32,000 bases of DNA, taken from assembly GCF_001945605.1 (NCBI RefSeq), contig NZ_MPKA01000056.1, forward strand, positions 1 through 32,000, read 5' to 3'. Numbering within the stretch: position 1 is the first letter of the stretch; the number at the start of each line of letters is the position of its first letter. The DNA comes from Dubosiella newyorkensis (GTDB taxonomy: Bacteria; Bacillota_I; Bacilli_A; Erysipelotrichales; Erysipelotrichaceae). Made by a program: the position numbers and the translations under genes. Under the pieces are notes generated by a model. That model ran no database searches and was not told where the DNA came from. It saw nothing but the letters and a program-made list of their open reading frames with translations. Positions 17,137 to 24,084 of this stretch are shown piece after piece.

Positions 17137-18015
17137 ATGAAAATCGCATATTGTATCCATTATTTAGGAAAATCCTTCGATGAGCTTTCGGAAAATGTTG
17201 ATCAGCTCATCGACCAAGGAGACGATGTATTTGTAATGATCAACGACGACGATTTAAGAGATCAAATGGTGATCACGTACGCGGATGAACCAGCCTTACA
17301 TGTCTCCCAGATCCAGCAACAAGCACTTCATGGCGACCTCTCGCTGCCAAGAGGGCAGATCGTGCAGCTAAGAAATGCTTTGGATGCTCAGATCAATGAA
17401 AAAAAATCGTATGACCGTTTTATTCTTCTGACCGATGGTATGCTTCCTCTTAAATCTAAAGAAGAAATCGTACGCTACCTAGACCAATATCCAGATCAAG
17501 ATATTTACTATATCAAGGCGACATCGCAAGAAGATCCTTCCTTAAAAAAGCGCTTTGAAAACTATGCCTTTTTCACCAATACGCTAAGCTTTCAAAAAAG
17601 CAAAATGGTCAAAGGCATGAATACGATTACCTCAAAGCTCGTTCATAATTTTAAGAAAAGGGAAATCGAAGATACGCTCGTCCTTTCATATCCATGGTTC
17701 ATCTTGACAGAAAAGAGCGCTCGAGCTTTAGGGGATGCATTCCCGTATTGTTCGAATACGTTTAAAATGTGCCTCTATCCGGAAGAATTGGCGATCGCGA
17801 CGATGCTGCGTAAGTTTTCCGATGTCAAGCATCATAACGAATCCGTTTGGGTCGTTGGAAAAAATGGCGAATATCAATTTCAAGAACCGATCGAACCGCT
17901 TAGCGAAGAAGCTTTGCGTTCCCATCCAAAGGCTTTGTTTGGGGCCACGATCCATCCAGAAACGAACCTTTCGATCTATCAAGATTATTTTGATGCATAT
18001 TCCATCAACCAATGA
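17137..18015 (+). CDS. Hypothetical protein, distantly resembling GT14 Branch-type (core-2/I-branching) glycosyltransferases
   Basis: 292 aa. MKIAYCIHYLGK...DVFVMINDD and FILLTDGMLPLKSKEEIVRYL parallel the bacterial Branch-domain layout (MKIAYLI.AH...FFIH.D and LLSG.D.PLKS..EI). GAGGT RBS. Monocistronic between two terminators. Confidence 0.4.
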   Translation: MKIAYCIHYLGKSFDELSENVDQLIDQGDDVFVMINDDDLRDQMVITYADEPALHVSQIQQQALHGDLSLPRGQIVQLRNALDAQINEKKSYDRFILLTDGMLPLKSKEEIVRYLDQYPDQDIYYIKATSQEDPSLKKRFENYAFFTNTLSFQKSKMVKGMNTITSKLVHNFKKREIEDTLVLSYPWFILTEKSARALGDAFPYCSNTFKMCLYPEELAIATMLRKFSDVKHHNESVWVVGKNGEYQFQEPIEPLSEEALRSHPKALFGATIHPETNLSIYQDYFDAYSINQ

Positions 18016-18031
18016 TTCGACTTAAAAATAT

Positions 18032-18063
18032 AAAAGATCGCTGTTTTGAACAGCGATCTTTTT
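18032..18063. terminator. Bidirectional intrinsic terminator between convergent genes
   Basis: 12-bp perfect stem AAGATCGCTGTT/AACAGCGATCTT flanked by A- and T-runs. Confidence 0.85.
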
Positions 18064-19444
18064 AGTCGTCCTCTTCTTCTTTTTTACGACGCTTCATCGG
18101 CTTTTTTTGATCTTGCTTTTCGAGCGTGTCCCAATCCGATTCTAATTGGGATTCGCTTTCGCTTGTATCAAAATAAGAGCCCTGCAAAGCGTTGAGTTGT
18201 TTTTCTTTGATGCGCAGCCGCGCCTGTAATAGCCGCGCTCGTTTTTTTGCGCTTCTCAACATTCTGCCATATTCGCAAAAAGCGATAAAAGCGATCAAAA
18301 ACAAGACACCACATACGATCAGTCCCCAAAGATAGCCTTGAAATTCATATTGCAAAAAAGCTGTCACGATACAGCAAGCCATGCAGATAAAGATCAAGAA
18401 CATCGTAGAGCGGCAAGAGTTCGCGTATTTGCGGAAAAACCGATACTTTTCTTCTTCATTATCGATTTCTTTTTTATACTCTCCTTCATTTTGTAGATTT
18501 CTAAAAATGAACCAGCCCGCTTCATTTTTTTTCTTTGCTGGCGCTTTCGCGATCAATTTCCAGCCTTCATTTTCCCATTTTCGCCATTCATCGGCAGAAG
18601 GTTCTTCTTTGAAGTAGTTGATCGAATAATAATATGGCTTTGGCTCTCCATGGACAAAATAATACTTTTTTCCGACATGGCGCACAAAATGGTAGCCTTC
18701 CTCGGATTGTTCGTTCAAATACTCTTCGATCAAAGGATATTGAGAAAGCAAAAATCGTTTTCGATCTTCATAGAGATCTTGTTCTTCTTCATCATAGAAC
18801 TCATTCTCATATTCATCTTCCTCATCATCTTCTTCGTCGTCTTCGTCCTCTTCATCCTCTAGATCATCAGACTCGAGATATTCCCGTTCAACTTGATCGA
18901 TACGGATCGTATCATTCTCATCTGTTTCATATTCCGCCTGCTCTTGATCTTCTTGTTCGCTTTCATCGATCTCTTCGACTTCTTTTTCAAAAACAGGATC
19001 TTCTTCAGGCTCATTGCGAGCTTCTTCGATTTGCTCTTCCACTGCTTGCTTCTTTTCAACATCCGCTTCGTTTTCATCACTTGGCGTGATGAGCTCCGCT
19101 TCAAGCACTTCTTCTTGCGGCACCCATTCTATGTCTTGCATACGGGTAGATTCCACTTTTTTTTCCACTGGCTTGATCCGGATCTCTTCTTGGATCACAT
19201 CTTTTGTTTCATATGTATTCGTCTTCACCTTTACGTTGGCTTTGCGGCTCGCGCGCTTTCCAAAGATCTTCCGTTTTGGAGCTGACGTACGGTGTTCTTC
19301 ATCGATCTCAAAGATGCTTGCTGCATCAAAATCACGCAATTCAGGTTCGCTAAATTGAATGGATGAAATTCTATCTTGCTGGTTCAGTTCTTCCAGTTCG
19401 TCTAAGGCACGACTTCTTTTTAAAGGTTTTTTTTCATCTGCCAT
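18062..19444 (-). CDS. Membrane protein with a hyper-acidic disordered N-terminal half and a DUF2812-like domain with two TM helices
   Basis: 460 aa. Residues about 110-227 are D/E-rich, including DDLEDEEDEDDEEDDEEDEYENEFYDEEE. Residues about 231-395 resemble DUF2812 (YLNEQSEEGYHFV...EWRKWENEGWKLI...GWFIFR). TM helices lie at about 346-366 and 371-391. GGAG RBS. Confidence 0.6.
   Translation of the reverse strand: MADEKKPLKRSRALDELEELNQQDRISSIQFSEPELRDFDAASIFEIDEEHRTSAPKRKIFGKRASRKANVKVKTNTYETKDVIQEEIRIKPVEKKVESTRMQDIEWVPQEEVLEAELITPSDENEADVEKKQAVEEQIEEARNEPEEDPVFEKEVEEIDESEQEDQEQAEYETDENDTIRIDQVEREYLESDDLEDEEDEDDEEDDEEDEYENEFYDEEEQDLYEDRKRFLLSQYPLIEEYLNEQSEEGYHFVRHVGKKYYFVHGEPKPYYYSINYFKEEPSADEWRKWENEGWKLIAKAPAKKKNEAGWFIFRNLQNEGEYKKEIDNEEEKYRFFRKYANSCRSTMFLIFICMACCIVTAFLQYEFQGYLWGLIVCGVLFLIAFIAFCEYGRMLRSAKKRARLLQARLRIKEKQLNALQGSYFDTSESESQLESDWDTLEKQDQKKPMKRRKKEEEDD
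18767..18871. repeat. GAA/GAT/GAG low-complexity tract encoding the poly-acidic run
   Basis: Codons for residues 192-226 are almost exclusively Asp/Glu. This tract generates several long spurious antisense ORFs. Confidence 0.8.
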
Positions 19445-19492
19445 TTAGATCACTCCATTTCTTTCTAACCTATTTTACGTGCATTCCTAAGG

Positions 19493-20737
19493 TTAGTCAA
19501 TCCGAGAAACCCAGCAGCCATCTTGAAAGATCGGTACTTCCTTCCCGTCTAGGCATCGTGCAATGATCGATAGATCATCGCTGCCAATCATAAAATCAAC
19601 ATGTGTGCTAGAGACATTCAAACCAGCTTGCTCTTGGGCTTCTTCATCCATTTCCAAGCCGTTCTCAACACACTCCAAGTACGCTTTTCCCAGCGCAAAA
19701 TGACAGGAAGCGTTCTCATCGAAGAGCGTATTATAAAAGAGCCTTCGCATCTTCGCGATCGGTGAATCGGCAGGAACCAAAGCCACTTCCCCTAAATATT
19801 TGGCTCCTTCATCCGTTTCTAGAATACTCTCCAAAACATCTTTGCCCACTTTCGCGTCATAGTCTACGACTTTTCCGTCTTTGAACTCAAACCAAAAATC
19901 TTCGATTCGATTTCCTTGATAGACAAGAGGCAAAGTCGCCACAAGTCTTCCATTCACTCCATACTTGAACGGTGCCGAAAATATTTCTTCCGTAGGAATA
20001 TTGGGCGAATAGGAAGGGGTCCCCTCGACTTGTAATTTAGAATCTCCACCAACGAACCGATAGTTTTCAGGAAGCCGGACTTCTAAATCAGTTCCGGCTT
20101 TATTTTTATACCACAAAGATTGGATAGAAAGTCCATTCAGCCAATTGAGATGGTCTTGAAAAGCATCTAGATGGTTTTGCCAATTTTCCAGCGTATATTC
20201 TTCATCGACCCTGCACGCTTGAAAGATCGAATCCCATAACGCGTCGATTGCTTCTTCTTTAGAAAGAGTGGGAAAGACTTTTTGTGCCCAAGAAGCTGTT
20301 GGGGCGGCCGCGATACACCAAGACACCTTCATTTGGTCTATTTGTTTACGATACTCCTTGCTTGCCCTATTGAAGCTTTTCCGATACATCGTGATACGCT
20401 TTGGATCGGCATCACGCATCAAATCTGGATCATTGCCTGTAAGCGTTAAATAACAGGCTCCCGCTTGCGCGGTTTCGTCATAAAATAAACTCTCGCTCAA
20501 AAGAACGTTTTCGAAACATGAAGGATCGGCATATAATAAATGATCGTGCTCGATCTGCTCGTCTTGATACTTTACGATCACATCCTTCGCTCCTTTTTTA
20601 TACGCTTCTTTCGAAATAAGACGGACAAGCGGATACGCTTCTAGATTGGCGCGTACGACCACAAGCTGTCCATTGTGTACATTCAGCCCTTTTTCTATGA
20701 TCAATTTCGCATACTGTTTCAATTTTTTTTCGTTCAT
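19493..20737 (-). CDS. M29 family aminopeptidase (AmpS/PepS type)
   Basis: 414 aa. The N-terminus KLKQYAKLIIEKGLNVHNGQLVVVRANLEAYPLVRLISKEAYKKGAKDV and the C-terminal HFALG...THVDFMIGS are typical of thermophilic-metalloprotease M29 enzymes. Confidence 0.85.
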   Translation of the reverse strand: MNEKKLKQYAKLIIEKGLNVHNGQLVVVRANLEAYPLVRLISKEAYKKGAKDVIVKYQDEQIEHDHLLYADPSCFENVLLSESLFYDETAQAGACYLTLTGNDPDLMRDADPKRITMYRKSFNRASKEYRKQIDQMKVSWCIAAAPTASWAQKVFPTLSKEEAIDALWDSIFQACRVDEEYTLENWQNHLDAFQDHLNWLNGLSIQSLWYKNKAGTDLEVRLPENYRFVGGDSKLQVEGTPSYSPNIPTEEIFSAPFKYGVNGRLVATLPLVYQGNRIEDFWFEFKDGKVVDYDAKVGKDVLESILETDEGAKYLGEVALVPADSPIAKMRRLFYNTLFDENASCHFALGKAYLECVENGLEMDEEAQEQAGLNVSSTHVDFMIGSDDLSIIARCLDGKEVPIFQDGCWVSRID

Positions 20738-20773
20738 TTTTATTCCTCTTTTTTCTTCTTTTTAGTATAACGC

Positions 20774-20806
20774 AAAAAAGCCGAGACATTCATCTCGACT
20801 TTTTTT
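20774..20806. terminator. Intrinsic terminator ending the feo operon (bidirectional shape)
   Basis: The minus strand reads GTCGAGA-tgaatg-TCTCGGC followed by TTTTTT. The hairpin overlaps the last codons of the 60-aa gene. Confidence 0.7.
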
Positions 20807-20972
20807 CTTGGTGGATATCGTCTCTGATCGCATCCCAATCAATGTGGGAACAACTCGATCCACAGCTTGAACAATCTCCATGACAAGATGATCTAGGCTT
20901 TTTTAATACGCGGATGATCAAGATCACGACTATACTTAAAATGATCATAACAATCACATCGGCAATATTCAT
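20790..20972 (-). CDS. FeoB-associated Cys-rich membrane peptide
   Basis: 60 aa. One N-terminal TM helix followed by CHGDCSSCGSSC. Lies directly downstream of feoB with a GGGAGGA RBS. Confidence 0.8.
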   Translation of the reverse strand: MNIADVIVMIILSIVVILIIRVLKKPRSSCHGDCSSCGSSCSHIDWDAIRDDIHQEKKSR

Positions 20973-20994
20973 TTTCGATATCCTCCCTTCACGC

Positions 20995-23169
20995 TCAAGA
21001 GCGTACTTTATTCAATGAAAAGTCTTTCACAGAAATGTTGGACTTGTCTTCTGAATATCCTTTTCTAAACAGAAGATATAGAATACCTACCAACAAAACA
21101 AGCGCGACAACCGTAAAGAAGTTGAACGGAACTTCATGAAGTAAAAGACCTCCAAGTTGATAGACGATCAAAGAGATCGAATACGCAAACACACACATAT
21201 AACCGATTGAGATCCATGTCCATTTCGCGTTGTTCATCTCTCTTTTGATCGCTCCCATCGCCGCGAAGCATGGCGCGCACAATAAATTGAACAACATGAA
21301 ACTATAGGCTGTGATTGCAGAAAAATCAGCAGCGACCAAAGTCCAAATCTCATTGCCCGCTTCTGAAAGTTCGCCTCCAAAATTATAAAGTACGCCAAAT
21401 GTATTCACGACTTCTTCTTTGGCGATCAATCCTGTAAACGTGGCAACAGTCGCCTTCCAGGCCATATCGCCAACCCATCCAAGCGGATAGAAGATCCATG
21501 CAAGAGATCGTCCAAGAAGCGCAAGTAAAGAGTTGTTGTTGTCGTCCACGAACGCAAAAGCCCCGTTCACAAATCCAAAGGACTGCAGGAACCATAAAAC
21601 GATCGAAGATAATAAGATCAAAGTTCCAGCGCGTTTAATAAAAGAGAATCCTCTTTCCCAAGTGGAATGAAGCACATTGGAAAGAGAAGGAAAATGATAA
21701 GCTGGAAGTTCCATCACGAAAGGTGCTGGTTCGCCCGCAAATGCTTTGAATTTTTTAAGCATGATGCCAGATACCACCACAGCCGCGATCCCGATCACGA
21801 ATGCGGAAGTAGCGACGAGCGAGCTGTTTCCAAAGATTGCCCCCGCAAATAAACCAATGATTGGCATTTTTGCTCCGCATGGAATAAAGCCTGTGGTCAT
21901 GATCGTCAGCTTGCGATCTCGATCTTGTTCGATCGTTCGGCTCGCCATGATTCCTGGAACACCACATCCTGTTGCCACCAAAAGAGGAATGAAGCTTTTC
22001 CCCGATAAACCAAACTTTCTAAAAAGTCTATCCATAATAAAGGCGACTCTGGCCATATAACCGCAATCTTCTAAAATCGATAAGAATACGAACAAGACTA
22101 AGATCTGAGGGACAAAGCCCAATGTCGCGCCTACACCAGCAACGATACCATCTTTCAACAAAGAAGCTAAAATCGGATTGATATGAAAATATTGGATCAC
22201 AGAACCCATCATTCCCGGTATCGTTTCTCCAAATAAAACATCGTTGGCCCAATCCGTGCCGATCGTACCAATCGAAAATGGGGTTGAACCCATCGCGATC
22301 GTATAGATCCCATACATGATCAGCACGAAGATCGGAAGGGCCAAGAATCGATTTGTTACGATCGAGTCGATGCGGTCGGAAACGCTCATCGCATGCTTCG
22401 TCCTTTTCCTTTTTACGCAATCTTGAATCAGTTTTTCGATAAAATCATAGCGTTGAGCAGTCAAGATGCTTTCAATATCGTCGTCAAACTCATTTTCGAT
22501 CGCTTCGCGAAGCTTGGTTATTTTTTGTTGATCAGTCTTGGATAAAGAAAGCTCTTCAAGAATGCGAGAATCGTTTTCGAGCACTTTTAACGCATACCAT
22601 CTTGTTTGCTTAGTTTCAGGCAGCAGACGTTGAATGGAACCAATCGCATCTTCGATCGATCTCGAAAACAAAAATGGCTTCTGCTCTTTTTTAGCGCTCT
22701 CGTTTTTCACTTGCTTCATCAAGGATTCCAAACCTTGTTTTTTTAAAGCAGAAACTTCTACGACTGGTGCGTTAAGCCAGCGCGCCAGCTTTTTGAGATC
22801 GATTTTATCTTCCACGATATCCATCATGTTCAAGCCCACGACGACTGGAATGTCCAGCTCAAGAAGCTGCGTCGTTAAATAGAGATTTCGCTCAAGATTG
22901 CTCGTATCCACTACATCTAAAATCACATCAGGATGTTCTTGGACTAGATAGCTTCGAGCTACGACTTCTTCTAAAGAATAAGGCGAGAGCGAATAGATGC
23001 CCGGAAGATCTTGGATCAAGATCGAAGGATCGTTTTTGTAAGTTCCTTCTTTTTTTTCGACAGTTACCCCTGGCCAGTTCCCTACTCTTTGTTTAGAGCC
23101 GGTCAAGGCGTTGAATAGAGTTGTTTTTCCGCAATTTGGATTTCCTGTTAAAGCTGCTTTGATTTCCAT
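20995..23169 (-). CDS. feoB: Ferrous iron transporter FeoB
   Basis: 724 aa. N-terminal G domain GNPNCGKTTLFNALTG followed by a polytopic membrane domain. Confidence 0.95.
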   Translation of the reverse strand: MEIKAALTGNPNCGKTTLFNALTGSKQRVGNWPGVTVEKKEGTYKNDPSILIQDLPGIYSLSPYSLEEVVARSYLVQEHPDVILDVVDTSNLERNLYLTTQLLELDIPVVVGLNMMDIVEDKIDLKKLARWLNAPVVEVSALKKQGLESLMKQVKNESAKKEQKPFLFSRSIEDAIGSIQRLLPETKQTRWYALKVLENDSRILEELSLSKTDQQKITKLREAIENEFDDDIESILTAQRYDFIEKLIQDCVKRKRTKHAMSVSDRIDSIVTNRFLALPIFVLIMYGIYTIAMGSTPFSIGTIGTDWANDVLFGETIPGMMGSVIQYFHINPILASLLKDGIVAGVGATLGFVPQILVLFVFLSILEDCGYMARVAFIMDRLFRKFGLSGKSFIPLLVATGCGVPGIMASRTIEQDRDRKLTIMTTGFIPCGAKMPIIGLFAGAIFGNSSLVATSAFVIGIAAVVVSGIMLKKFKAFAGEPAPFVMELPAYHFPSLSNVLHSTWERGFSFIKRAGTLILLSSIVLWFLQSFGFVNGAFAFVDDNNNSLLALLGRSLAWIFYPLGWVGDMAWKATVATFTGLIAKEEVVNTFGVLYNFGGELSEAGNEIWTLVAADFSAITAYSFMLFNLLCAPCFAAMGAIKREMNNAKWTWISIGYMCVFAYSISLIVYQLGGLLLHEVPFNFFTVVALVLLVGILYLLFRKGYSEDKSNISVKDFSLNKVRS

Positions 23170-23186
23170 ATTCTCTCCTCGTTTTT

Positions 23187-23408
23187 TTACTCTACTTCGA
23201 TCTTGGACGCGTCTTCTTTTCGAATCGAAAGCTCATATCCGCGAATATTGAGTTCCATCGGATCTCCTAGAGGCGCGATCTTACGAACGAACACTTCTGT
23301 GCCTTTAGTAACGCCCATGTCCATGATGCGGCGTTTTATGGCGCCTGTTCCGTGGAGCTTTTTGACGATGATCGTATCGTTTGGTTTACATGTATCCAGT
23401 GTTTTCAT
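23187..23408 (-). CDS. feoA: FeoA family protein
   Basis: 73 aa SH3-like FeoA (RRIMDMGVTKGTEVFVRKIAPLGDPMEL). ATGA overlap with the upstream feoA. Confidence 0.85.
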   Translation of the reverse strand: MKTLDTCKPNDTIIVKKLHGTGAIKRRIMDMGVTKGTEVFVRKIAPLGDPMELNIRGYELSIRKEDASKIEVE

Positions 23409-23629
23409 TGAATCTCCTTTCCGACCATGATTCTTTGCGCAAGCGTTGCATCTAAAGCGATTCGGATCCCTTTGATTTCAACGATCAAATTTTTCTGAAT
23501 CGCATTTTTGATCACGATCGATTCTCCTTCTACGATGCCAAGATTTCTTAAATGGGTTCGCATCGAATCTTTTCCTGTGATCTTCTCGATCGGATATACT
23601 ACATCCACTTTGCAAAATGATAAAGGCAT
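23405..23629 (-). CDS. feoA: FeoA family protein
   Basis: 74 aa FeoA (HLRNLGIVEGESIVIKN...IVEIKGIRIAL). AAGGAGGAA RBS. Confidence 0.85.
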   Translation of the reverse strand: MPLSFCKVDVVYPIEKITGKDSMRTHLRNLGIVEGESIVIKNAIQKNLIVEIKGIRIALDATLAQRIMVGKEIQ

Positions 23630-23644
23630 TTATCCCGATTCCTC

Positions 23645-23694
23645 CTTTATGTTAGAGTATACTAACTTCAAAGTTAGTATACTCTAACATAAAG
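23645..23694. promoter_or_regulatory. 50-bp perfect palindrome (24-bp arms, 2-nt spacer): candidate double operator at the feo promoter
   Basis: CTTTATGTTAGAGTATACTAACTT-ca-AAGTTAGTATACTCTAACATAAAG. The arms are exact reverse complements, checked base by base. Confidence 0.7.
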
Positions 23695-23704
23695 TTATAT
23701 TCAA
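23676..23704 (-). promoter_or_regulatory. Candidate feo operon promoter
   Basis: The minus strand reads TTGAAT (23704-23699), a 17-nt spacer, then TATACT (23681-23676). The -10 lies inside the distal palindrome arm. Confidence 0.5.
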
Positions 23705-23775
23705 CTAACTTTTCGCCAAGCACTCGCAATTCTTTTTTAAACAAGATATGATAGGATGAAGCCAAGAGATAGATT

Positions 23776-23973
23776 ATGAAAACGATACGCAATGGATGCG
23801 CGATGCTGGGCCTTATTGGAATGATGATCATTCTGGTCCACCGCCTATACACACCTCTGCCTGAAGAAGTGATGAAGATCACTTCCTTGATTTTATCCAT
23901 TTGTCTTTCGATGGTTCTATTTTGCTCATTCACTTTATGGAATGAGAAACGCCGTCAAAAAAGGCACTTGTAG
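23776..23973 (+). CDS. Possible small two-TM membrane protein (65 aa)
   Basis: Two hydrophobic segments (AMLGLIGMMIILV, ITSLILSICLSMVLFCSFTLW) and a basic C-terminus. A plus-strand terminator follows. The SD is weak and there is no recognisable homology. Confidence 0.35.
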   Translation: MKTIRNGCAMLGLIGMMIILVHRLYTPLPEEVMKITSLILSICLSMVLFCSFTLWNEKRRQKRHL

Positions 23974-24030
23974 TCCAAGCAACGATCCGGCTATTTCCCT
24001 CCTCCTACGTTACATTCTCCGGATCTTGGT

Positions 24031-24058
24031 GGCTGATTTATGATCAGCCTTTTCTTTT
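24031..24058 (+). terminator. Intrinsic terminator upstream of tex
   Basis: GGCTGAT-ttatg-ATCAGCC hairpin followed by TTTTCTTTT. Confidence 0.7.
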
Positions 24059-24084
24059 GGCATAATGAAAGAAAGAGAGAACCT

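Noticed and set aside
18381-19358. Cluster of long plus-strand ORFs (78-151 aa) antisense to the acidic protein gene
   Set aside because: They are artefacts of the GAA/GAT/GAG low-complexity tract, whose antisense reads as stop-free Phe/Leu/Ser/Ile-rich frames. They have no RBS and they overlap one another.
20598-20789. 63-aa minus-strand ORF overlapping the M29 peptidase start and the feo terminator
   Set aside because: It starts inside the terminator hairpin, overlaps the peptidase N-terminus out of frame, and is basic and low-complexity.
23630-23710. Fur box in the feo promoter
   Set aside because: I looked for GATAATGATAATCATTATC and the 7-1-7 TGATAATnATTATCA on both strands and found no acceptable match. 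The palindrome is a different motif.
23652-23933. 93-aa minus-strand ORF upstream of feoA
   Set aside because: It has no RBS. It runs straight through the feo promoter and the 50-bp palindrome, and it is antisense to the more protein-like 65-aa plus-strand ORF.
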